DNA from: a bacterium
GTDB taxonomy: Bacteria > SAR324 > JACQKK01
NCBI GenBank assembly: GCA_041477795.1
Contig: JBGOUY010000002.1
Coordinates: forward strand, 1-37,782
DNA length: 37,782 bases
Direction of reading: 5' to 3'
A program made the position numbers and the translations under genes. This document shows positions 20,033 through 27,033 of the stretch, one piece after another (positions within the stretch are counted from its first letter, which is position 1; each line of letters starts with the position of its first letter). A model generated the notes under the pieces. It made no database searches. It had not been told where the DNA came from and was given only the letters and a program-made list of their open reading frames with translations.

Positions 20033-20968
20033 ATGGAGCTGACGCTGGCCACGGGCGACTATGCCCACACGCGGGCGCTGGCGGCCTGCCTTGCCGAACG
20101 CGCGCCGGGGCTCGCGCTGCGGCACGAGATCGACCGGCCCGTGCGCATCTTCGCACGCGCGCTGGGCGCCGACCGGCCCTACGCCGCCGCGGAGATGTCC
20201 CTCGCCACCAGCTACGTGCTGGCCGACGCGAGCGACCGGCGCTTCGTGGCGCTGCCGGTCTTTCCCTCGCGCATGTTCCGCCACTCGGCGTTCTACGTTG
20301 CGGGCGCCAGCGCGCGGCCCGAACAGCTCGCCGGCGCGCGCATCGGCGTGCAGCGCTACGGCATGACGGCCGCCGTGTGGGCGCGCGAGCTGCTGCAGGA
20401 CGGCTACGGCATCGCGCCGGAGCGGATGACGTGGTGGATCGCCGAGCCCCAGTTCTTCCAGCCCCGCGGCATCGCGCTGAACGTGGCGGCCGGACCGGAC
20501 GCGCTGGAGCGCATGCTGCTGGCCGGCGAGCTGGACTGCCTGTTCTCCGTGGACGAGCCCGCCGCGTTCCGCAGCGGGCGCGTGCGGCGCCTGTTCCCGG
20601 ACTTCGCCGCGGCCGAGCGCGAACGCCATGCGCGCACCGGCATCTTCCCCATCATGCACACGGTGCTGCTGCAGCGCGCCCTCCTCGAGCGCGAGCCGAC
20701 GCTGCCCGCCGCGCTCCTGGCGGGCTTCGAGGCGGCCAAGCGCATCGCGCAGGACTGGATCCGCGACACCGACCACTCCTCGCTGCCCATCCCCCTGCAG
20801 CACGGCTGGAGCCGCGAGATGGAAGCGCGCTTCGGCGCCGACCCGTGGCCCTATGGCCTCGCCGCCAACCGCCCCGTGCTCGAACGCTTCGGCGCCCTCA
20901 TGCACGAGCAGGGACTCACCCGGCGCCAACTGGCGCCCGCGGACGTGTTCCTCGACCTGGACCCGTAA
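20033..20968 (+). CDS. PhtD-like protein (4,5-dihydroxyphthalate decarboxylase family; periplasmic-binding-protein-like fold), 311 aa
   Basis: The ATG lies 1 nt after the thioesterase stop. Motifs I recall from this family are present: AEMSLATSY, LPVFPSRMFRHSAFYV, GIFPIMHTVLL, DPWPYGLAANR, HEQGL. Confidence 0.65.
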   Translation: MELTLATGDYAHTRALAACLAERAPGLALRHEIDRPVRIFARALGADRPYAAAEMSLATSYVLADASDRRFVALPVFPSRMFRHSAFYVAGASARPEQLAGARIGVQRYGMTAAVWARELLQDGYGIAPERMTWWIAEPQFFQPRGIALNVAAGPDALERMLLAGELDCLFSVDEPAAFRSGRVRRLFPDFAAAERERHARTGIFPIMHTVLLQRALLEREPTLPAALLAGFEAAKRIAQDWIRDTDHSSLPIPLQHGWSREMEARFGADPWPYGLAANRPVLERFGALMHEQGLTRRQLAPADVFLDLDP

Positions 20969-20979
20969 GCCCGCACCGT

Positions 20980-21012
20980 GGCCGCTGCGGGGGCGCTGCC
21001 CCCGCAGCGGCC
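20980..21012 (+). terminator. Terminator-like hairpin after the PhtD-like gene (no U-tract)
   Basis: Perfect 14-bp stem GGCCGCTGCGGGGG / CCCCCGCAGCGGCC with the 5-nt loop CGCTG, 12 nt after the stop. No T-run follows it. Confidence 0.4.
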
Positions 21013-21140
21013 CCGCAAGGGAGCGAGCCCCCTTGACCCCTATTGCATTCAGCAACTGTGCGGCTGCAACGCAGCCGCACACGTCCATAAGGGGTGCGCG
21101 AGGGGGCCTGCTCCCTCGCAAGATGTGGTCTTGCCGCAAC
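21013..21140. repeat. Nested inverted-repeat element between convergent genes
   Basis: An imperfect long inverted repeat (GCAAGGGAGCGAGCCCCCTT ... AAGGGGTGCGCGAGGGGGCCTGCTCCCTCGCAAG) encloses a perfect 11-bp hairpin TGTGCGGCTGC-AAC-GCAGCCGCACA (21057..21081). Confidence 0.55.
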
Positions 21141-21144
21141 TTGA

Positions 21145-22338
21145 TCAGGCCACGCGTTCCAGCAGCACGGCCGTGCCCAGGCCGCTGCCGGCGGGCACAG
21201 TGGCCCCGCCCCGCCGTCCGCCGCGCTGTTGCAGGGCATGGGCCAGGTGCAGCGTGATGCGCAGGCCGGACATGCCCACCGGATGCCCCATCGCCACCCC
21301 GCCGCCGTCCACGTTCAGCCGCTCGCGGGGCCACTTGCCCATGCGCTCGCAGGCCAGCAGTTGCACGGCGAAGCCCTCGTTGCACTCGATCAGGTCCAGG
21401 TCGTCCACGCGCAGCCCGGCGGACTGGAGCGCGGCGTCCAGCGCCGTGACGCACGAGTAGCCCATCAGCGTCGGGTCGCAGCCCACCTGCGCCGTGCCGG
21501 GCAGCAGGATGCGCGCCAGGGGCGTCAGCCCCAGGCGGGCCAGCCCGCGCTCGTTGCAGACCAGCGCCGCGGCGGCGCCGTCGTTGATGGGCGAGGCGTT
21601 GCCGGCCGTGACGGAGCCGCCCGGCTTGACGGGCGCCAGGCGCGCCAGCGCTTCCAGCGAGGCGTCGGCGCGCGGGCTCTCGTCGCGCTCGAGCACCAGC
21701 GAGCCGCCCCGGCTGCGCGGCACCTCGATGGGCACGAGCTCCCCGGCCAGCCGCCCCGCCTCCTGCGCCGCAATGGCGCGCGCGTGGGAGACGACGGCGT
21801 AGGCGTCCATCTCCGCACGGGCAAAGCCGTCCACGCGGGCATGGTGCTCGGCCACGTCCACCATGTACCAGGGATCGCCCCACATCTTGCTGCCGGCCAG
21901 CGTGCACTCCTTGATGGTGTCGATGAACTCGCCGTGCGCCAGGCGCAGGCCCCAGCGCGCGCCGGGCACCATGTGCGGCGCGTTGCTCATGGACTCCAGG
22001 CCCAGCGCCAGCACGCAGTCCACCTCGCCCAGCGCCACCTGCTGCGCGGCCAGGATCAGCGCCATCATGCCCGAGCAGCACTGCATGTTGACGGTGAAGG
22101 CGGGAGCAGTGGAGGGCACGCCGATGCGCGTGGCGACGATGCGCGCCGGGTTGGACTCCGTCATGTCCTGCAGCACCATGCCGGCGATGACGCGCTGCAC
22201 GTCCGCCGGCTGGAGGCCCAGGCGCTCCAGCAGCGCGGCCGCCACCGTGGTGCCGAATTCCGTGGCGCGCAGGGGCAGCAATGCCCCGCCGAAGCGCCCG
22301 ATGGGGCTGCGCACTCCCGAGACCAGATAGGCTTGCAT
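21145..22338 (-). CDS. Acetyl-CoA C-acyltransferase (thiolase), 397 aa
   Basis: MQAYLVSGVRSPIGRFGG, NMQCCSGMMA (active-site Cys), NEGFA, NVDGGGVAMGHPVGMSG. The start at MQAYLV has GGGAG upstream. Confidence 0.87.
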   Translation of the reverse strand: MQAYLVSGVRSPIGRFGGALLPLRATEFGTTVAAALLERLGLQPADVQRVIAGMVLQDMTESNPARIVATRIGVPSTAPAFTVNMQCCSGMMALILAAQQVALGEVDCVLALGLESMSNAPHMVPGARWGLRLAHGEFIDTIKECTLAGSKMWGDPWYMVDVAEHHARVDGFARAEMDAYAVVSHARAIAAQEAGRLAGELVPIEVPRSRGGSLVLERDESPRADASLEALARLAPVKPGGSVTAGNASPINDGAAAALVCNERGLARLGLTPLARILLPGTAQVGCDPTLMGYSCVTALDAALQSAGLRVDDLDLIECNEGFAVQLLACERMGKWPRERLNVDGGGVAMGHPVGMSGLRITLHLAHALQQRGGRRGGATVPAGSGLGTAVLLERVA

Positions 22339-22378
22339 GGCGATGCTCCCGGCATTCCCCGCGTGGCCGACGTCCCCC

Positions 22379-22398
22379 AACCGAACGATCGTTCGGTT
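22379..22398. promoter_or_regulatory. Perfect 20-bp palindromic operator candidate AACCGAACGATCGTTCGGTT
   Basis: It lies 41 nt upstream of the thiolase ATG and 3 nt downstream of a predicted -10. It shares the half-sites ACCGAAC/GTTCGGT with the site at 23184..23201. Confidence 0.65.
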
Positions 22399-22401
22399 AC
22401 G

Positions 22402-22430
22402 ACTCTACCCAGCCGCGGGCGCCGGTGCAA
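22402..22430 (-). promoter_or_regulatory. Sigma70-like promoter for the thiolase gene
   Basis: On the minus strand this reads TTGCAC (22430..22425), a 17-nt spacer, then TAGAGT (22407..22402). The palindrome follows immediately. Confidence 0.5.
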
Positions 22431-22443
22431 CCACCGCGGGCGG

Positions 22444-23034
22444 CTACGTGGCGGGCGCGCTGACGCGCTTGGCCAGCAGGATGTCCGGCCGGCCCGGGCC
22501 GTTGGCGTCCGGGATGACGCCCACGACCACGAAGCCCAGCCGCCGGTAGAACTCCAGCGGGTGCGGCGCGCGCGCTGTGATGCGCTGCAGCGCGCCGAGC
22601 GGATCGGCGAAGAGGTCCTCGCCGGCCAGGGAGGTCAGGCCCGCCTCGTCGTCCGCCCCCACCCACAGCGTGCGGCCGCCCTGCTCGTAGACGAGGGCTT
22701 CCAGGTCGAGCACCAGCGCCCGGCCCACGCCGCGCCCGCGCTGGGCGGGGTCGACCACGAGCGGCTGCAGCTCCCAGGTCTCGCCGTAGTACTGCGTGAG
22801 GCCGCCCACCCAGCCCAGCAGCTTGCCGGAGTCGTCCAGCGCGCCGCGCGCCAGGTTGGGCGGCTCCAACAGCACGCGCACTTCGCCCTCGGCCACCAGC
22901 ACATTGGGCCAGGCGCGCGGGGCGAGGTCGCGGAAGCCGTCCACGAGGAGCTGCGCCGCCTCGCGCAGCACCGGGCGCGGCTGGCCGGCCAGGTCCACCA
23001 GCCGGAACGGGGAGGAGTGCCGTCGGGTTGCCAT
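22444..23034 (-). CDS. GNAT-family N-acetyltransferase, AAC(6')-I-like C-terminal pattern (196 aa)
   Basis: The acetyl-CoA site is QRGRGVGRAL. The C-terminus HPLEFYRRLGFVVVGVIPDANGPGRPDILLAKRV resembles what I recall of AAC(6')-I-type enzymes. The start at MATRR has GGAG 6 nt upstream. ATG 23046 is an alternative. Confidence 0.78.
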   Translation of the reverse strand: MATRRHSSPFRLVDLAGQPRPVLREAAQLLVDGFRDLAPRAWPNVLVAEGEVRVLLEPPNLARGALDDSGKLLGWVGGLTQYYGETWELQPLVVDPAQRGRGVGRALVLDLEALVYEQGGRTLWVGADDEAGLTSLAGEDLFADPLGALQRITARAPHPLEFYRRLGFVVVGVIPDANGPGRPDILLAKRVSAPAT

Positions 23035-23153
23035 GTCCGACTCCATAGCACGGTCGCAACGGCGGCGCAGCCAGCGCAGGGACCTGGGCAGGCCCGGGCG
23101 TCGAGAGCGGGCGGCTTCGGCGATCGGGTGGTTTAGCGGCAACGCGCCGCGTC

Positions 23154-23182
23154 TTGACGGCTGTGGCGGCCATTGCTAGGTT
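23154..23182 (+). promoter_or_regulatory. Sigma70-like promoter for the mutase operon
   Basis: TTGACG (23154..23159), a 17-nt spacer, then TAGGTT (23177..23182). The palindrome begins 1 nt downstream. Confidence 0.5.
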
Positions 23183-23183
23183 T

Positions 23184-23201
23184 ACCGAACAACCGTTCGG
23201 T
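23184..23201. promoter_or_regulatory. Palindromic operator candidate ACCGAACAACCGTTCGGT
   Basis: It has perfect 7-bp arms with a 4-nt spacer, the same half-sites as 22379..22398, and the same position relative to the -10. It lies 65 nt upstream of the mutase ATG. Confidence 0.62.
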
Positions 23202-23265
23202 GACGGCCGCTGGCCGCCCACCCACCCATCGCCTTCGCGCCGCGAGACCCGCTCCGGAGCCGCCG

Positions 23266-24993
23266 ATGTTCGACGAGGACACGCTGCGCCGCTCCCGCGA
23301 AGCCGAGGCGGAATGGCGCACCCAGTACCGCCGCATCGTGGAGCGCTTCGGGGACAAGGCCCCGGCCCGCGCCACGGCGCCCGCCACCCACGGCGGGATT
23401 CCCCTCAAGAACGCGTACTTCCCCCACGACGTCGCGGGCCAGGACTTCTCCGCCATCGGCGCGCCGGGCCAGTACCCCTTCACGCGGGGCAACCTGGCGG
23501 CGCAGTACCAGCTCATGCACTGGGCCAACCAGCCGGTGATCGGCTACGGCCTGCCCGAGCACACGCGCGAGCGCATGGACCTGCTGGCGGCGCAGGGCAT
23601 GATGGGCTACTTCGGCCAGCGCTTCTACAACCTGGTCTACGACCTGGTCTCCCACGAGGGGCTGGACCCCGATCACCCGGCGGCGCGGGGGCGCATCGGG
23701 CAGTGCGGCATGGCCGTGTATTCCGTGGAGGACATGGAGCGGCTTTTCCACGACATGGATCTCACCCAGATGAACGTGATCCACATCACGTACTACCAGG
23801 TGATCCCCGCGCTGGCGCAGTACATCGCCCTGGCCGGGCGGCGCGGCATCGCGCCGGGCGACCTGCGCGGCAACTCCATGAACTGGTACCACCAGAGCGC
23901 CTACGTGGGCATGAGCGCCTTCCCGCCCGAGCAGGGGCACAAGCTGGCCGTGGAGCTGCTGGCCTACTGCGGGGCGCACATGCCGCGCTGGAACACGACC
24001 AACTTCTTCGGCTACGGCGTGGAGGAGGCGGGCGGCACGGCGGTGCAGGAGATCGGCCTGATGCTGGCCTACGGCATCGAGCTGGTGCGCTCCTGCCAGC
24101 GCGCCGGGCTGGCGCCGGACCAGGTGCTGCCGCGCTTCGGCTTCCAGATCGCGCAGGCCAGCGACTTCTTCGAGCAGGTGTGCAAGGTGCGCGCGTTGCG
24201 CCGCATCTGGGCCACCACCATGGCCGAGCACTTCGCCGCCAAGGATCCGCGCTCGCTGCACGTGCGCATCCACACGCACACCTCCGGCGTGGATCTGATG
24301 GCGCAGCAGCCGCTCGTGAACCTGATCCGCACGACCCTGCACGCCTTCGGCGCGGCCCTGGCCGGCACGCAGGCGATGGAGGTCTCCGCCTACGACGAGG
24401 CGCTCGCCATCCCCACCGAGCAGGCGGCCACGCTGGCCCTGCGCGTGCAGCAGGTGGTGCAGGAGGAGACCAATCTCACCACCGTGTCCGATCCGCTCGC
24501 CGGGTCGTACTACGTGGAGGCGCTCACGCAGCAGCTCGCCGAGGCGGCGCTGGCGCTGGTGGAGCAGATCGAGGCGCGCGGGGGCTACATCGCCGCGCAG
24601 AAGAGCGGCTGGCTGCGCGGCCAGGTGGAGACCTCCGCGGAACGCTGGCGCGAAGCGGTCAACTCGGGCCAGCGCCGCGTGGTGGGCCTCAACTGCTACC
24701 AGACCGACGAGCCGCCCCAGGGCAACACCTTCAAGGTCGACCCGGAAGTGGAGCGCATCGCCGTCGAGCGCGTGCAGGCCCTGCGCGCCCGCCGCGATGC
24801 CACCCGCCATGCCCAAGCCATGGCGGCCTTCGATGCGGTGGTGACGGACTTCGCTACGCGCGACGTCGCGGCGCTGGGCGAAAGCCGGCTCATGCCCGCC
24901 GCCATCGCCGCGGCGCAGGCCGATGCCACCACCGGCGAGCTGATGGGCGTGCTCAAGCAGCGCCTCGGCTGGCGCGCCCCGCACGAGACGTGA
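23266..24993 (+). CDS. Coenzyme-B12-dependent acyl-CoA mutase family, large (substrate-binding TIM-barrel) subunit, divergent (575 aa)
   Basis: GGAG lies 6 nt upstream of the ATG. Family motifs are present: PGQYPFTRG, DFFEQVCKVRALRRIWA, RIHTHTSGVDL, NLIRTTLHAFGAALAGTQA, YDEALAIPTEQAATLALRVQQV, DPLAGSYYVEALT. The N-terminal barrel motifs are non-canonical. Confidence 0.85.
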   Translation: MFDEDTLRRSREAEAEWRTQYRRIVERFGDKAPARATAPATHGGIPLKNAYFPHDVAGQDFSAIGAPGQYPFTRGNLAAQYQLMHWANQPVIGYGLPEHTRERMDLLAAQGMMGYFGQRFYNLVYDLVSHEGLDPDHPAARGRIGQCGMAVYSVEDMERLFHDMDLTQMNVIHITYYQVIPALAQYIALAGRRGIAPGDLRGNSMNWYHQSAYVGMSAFPPEQGHKLAVELLAYCGAHMPRWNTTNFFGYGVEEAGGTAVQEIGLMLAYGIELVRSCQRAGLAPDQVLPRFGFQIAQASDFFEQVCKVRALRRIWATTMAEHFAAKDPRSLHVRIHTHTSGVDLMAQQPLVNLIRTTLHAFGAALAGTQAMEVSAYDEALAIPTEQAATLALRVQQVVQEETNLTTVSDPLAGSYYVEALTQQLAEAALALVEQIEARGGYIAAQKSGWLRGQVETSAERWREAVNSGQRRVVGLNCYQTDEPPQGNTFKVDPEVERIAVERVQALRARRDATRHAQAMAAFDAVVTDFATRDVAALGESRLMPAAIAAAQADATTGELMGVLKQRLGWRAPHET

Positions 24994-25269
24994 CACGCTG
25001 CCGAAGCAACCGCGTGTGGGGGAGCACGCTCCCCCACCCCTGCGGGACTGCAAACGGGAAGCCGGGCGGGGTTCCGCACGAGAAATGACGCCGGGTCTCC
25101 CCGGCGACTGTGTCAGGGGCTCCGCCCCTGACCACCCCGCCAAGGGCCAATGGCCCTTGGAACCCGTATTTGCGGCAGTGGCTGGCTTGCCAGCCACTGC
25201 CGCCCAAAGAGGGGGTGCGGGGGAACGTGTTCCCCCGAATGCTTCTCTCGTTACAGGTGACCGAGCGCC
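24994..25269. repeat. Array of six near-perfect hairpins between the mutase large- and small-subunit genes
   Basis: The stems lie at 25017..25036, 25089..25106, 25112..25132 (9 bp), 25140..25160 (9 bp), 25172..25203 (14-15 bp) and 25219..25236. Loops are 3-4 nt. Confidence 0.8.
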
Positions 25270-25680
25270 ATGAGCGGACCGATCCGGGTGTTGCTGGCCA
25301 AGCCCACGCAGGACTGCCACGACCGCGGCGTGCGCTACGTGGCGCGCAAGTTCCGCGATGCGGGCTTCGAGGTGATCTTCACCAACTTCCTGCTGGCGGG
25401 CGAGGTGGTGCACACGGCGCTGGAGGAGGACGTGAACGTGATCGGCATCTCGTCCTCCTCGGGCGGGCACATGCCGGTGTTCGAGGACCTGCTGGCGGGC
25501 ATGCGCGAGCAGGGGCTGGACGACGTGATGGTGCTGGGCGGGGGCGTGATTCCGCCGGAGGATGCGGAGCGCCTGCGGGCCTGGGGCGTGAGCGCCATCT
25601 TCGGCCCCGGCACCAGCGCGGAGGACGCCATCGCCCTGATTCGCGCGCGCGTGCAGGCCGCGCCGGGCGGGCGCCCATGA
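25270..25680 (+). CDS. Cobalamin-binding small subunit of acyl-CoA mutase (136 aa)
   Basis: The B12-binding DxHxxG motif is present (QDCHDRG), followed by GISSSSGGH and VMVLGGGVIP. The size is typical of IcmB/HcmB-type subunits. Confidence 0.9.
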   Translation: MSGPIRVLLAKPTQDCHDRGVRYVARKFRDAGFEVIFTNFLLAGEVVHTALEEDVNVIGISSSSGGHMPVFEDLLAGMREQGLDDVMVLGGGVIPPEDAERLRAWGVSAIFGPGTSAEDAIALIRARVQAAPGGRP

Positions 25681-26666
25681 GCGCCGGCACGGGCACGGCG
25701 GCGACGGGAGCGGCACGCTTCCGCCGCATCGCCATCCTGGGCGGCGGCGGGCTGATGGGCCACGGCATCGCCCTGGCCTGCCTGCAGGCGAGCCCGGCGG
25801 AGGTGGTGCTCGTCTCGCGCCGGGCCGAATCGCTGGCGCAGGGCCGCACGCTTGTGGAGAGCGGGCCCTTCGGGTTCGCCAAGGCGGTGCAGCGCGGCAA
25901 GCTGAGCCAGGCGCAGGCACAGGAGATGCTGAGCCGGCTGCGCGGCACGACCGATTACGGCGAGGGCCTGGCCGGCTGCGATCTCGTCTTCGAGTCCGTG
26001 CCGGAGGTCGTCGCGCTCAAGCAGGAGACCCTGCGCCTGGCCGAGCGGCACGCGCCGGCGCACGCCGTCTTCGCCAGCAACACCTCCTCCATCCTCATCT
26101 CCGAGCTGGCGGCGCAGCTCGAGCGCCCGGGGCGGCTGGTGGGCGCGCACTGGTTCTATCCCTCCAACGTGATGCCGCTGGTGGAGGTCGCGCGCAGCGA
26201 GCTGAGCGAACCCGCGGCGCTGGACGCCGTGGTGGACTACCTGCGCGCGCTGGGCAAGAAGCCGGTGGTGGTCAAGGATTCGCCCGGCTTCTTCATGACG
26301 CGCTTCATCAACAACTTCCTGGCCGAGGCGATGCGCCTGGTGGAGCTGGGCATCGCCGGGCCGGCGGAAGTGGACGAGATGGTGCGCACGGGCCTGGGCT
26401 GGCCGATGGGCGTGTTCGAGCTGCTGGACGATACGGCGAGCTTCGACTCGTTCTACCACGCGCAGGAATACCTCTTCGCCACCTGCGGCGAGCGCTACGC
26501 GATTCCCCCCCTCGCGCGCAAGGTCTTCATGGCCGGCTATCGCGGCGCCCCGGCCCTCAAGCCGGGCAGCCGGGGCGGCTGGTACGACTTCCTGGGCGCC
26601 GCCCGCCCACCGCGATCCCTCCCGCCCGGCAAAGCCGGGACGCCCGACAAGAAAGGCGGGCGCTGA
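25677..26666 (+). CDS. 3-hydroxyacyl-CoA dehydrogenase family (Hbd-like), 329 aa
   Basis: The ATG overlaps the small-subunit stop (ATGA). Rossmann motif IAILGGGGLMGHGIA, then FASNTSS, GAHWFYPSNVMPLVEV, VKDSPGFFMTRF. Confidence 0.85.
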   Translation: MSAGTGTAATGAARFRRIAILGGGGLMGHGIALACLQASPAEVVLVSRRAESLAQGRTLVESGPFGFAKAVQRGKLSQAQAQEMLSRLRGTTDYGEGLAGCDLVFESVPEVVALKQETLRLAERHAPAHAVFASNTSSILISELAAQLERPGRLVGAHWFYPSNVMPLVEVARSELSEPAALDAVVDYLRALGKKPVVVKDSPGFFMTRFINNFLAEAMRLVELGIAGPAEVDEMVRTGLGWPMGVFELLDDTASFDSFYHAQEYLFATCGERYAIPPLARKVFMAGYRGAPALKPGSRGGWYDFLGAARPPRSLPPGKAGTPDKKGGR

Positions 26667-27033
26667 AGGCGCAGCCGTCCCGCCGTACGCCGTGCGGAGC
26701 CCCTGCTCCGCCCGCCGCCGGCCCGGCCGAGCGGCCCCGGCCGCAGCGCGCCCGATTCCGCTGCACGGGCGACGCTCCTTTTCCCCGCCACTCAACATCC
26801 GTTCGCACCCAAATTAAGGGGGTTGAGCCGAATTATCATTGCTGGGCTGAATGCCCGGTGATAGGAATGCAAGCGGGGTGGGCGGCCCCGTCCTTGAGTT
26901 ATTCTTGGCGCCGGCGTCCGGCGCGTGGCCACCGCTCTGGCGGTCGCGCGGCCTGACGCAAGCGGTGCCTGTTACCGGATTCTTGTGGCGTCGGCGACCG
27001 ACGGTGCGCTGCACCCGGTGCGCAGCCTTCCCC

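Noticed and set aside
25040-25260. Fragments reminiscent of a cobalamin riboswitch (AAACGGGAA, CCCCGGCGACUGU, GCCACUG, CAGGUGACC) occur between the B12-mutase subunit genes.
   Set aside because: The GCCACUG and CGACUGU strings lie inside perfect self-contained hairpins rather than in the expected junctions. The L4-type GGUGnnAAnnCC element and a proper B12 box are missing. The region is better explained as a hairpin-repeat array. A cmsearch with RF00174 would settle this.
24994-25269. The hairpin arrays here, and those at 14021..14542 and 17288..17552, were considered as possible CRISPR arrays.
   Set aside because: The stems differ from one another in sequence and length. There are no identical direct repeats with regular unique spacers, and no cas genes are in the window.
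23182-25920. A 912-aa minus-strand ORF lies opposite the mutase genes. A similar 976-aa ORF at 34435..37365 lies opposite the GT4-CapD fusion.
   Set aside because: Both are low-complexity Arg/Ala/Gly/His-rich translations antisense to genes with strong family motifs.
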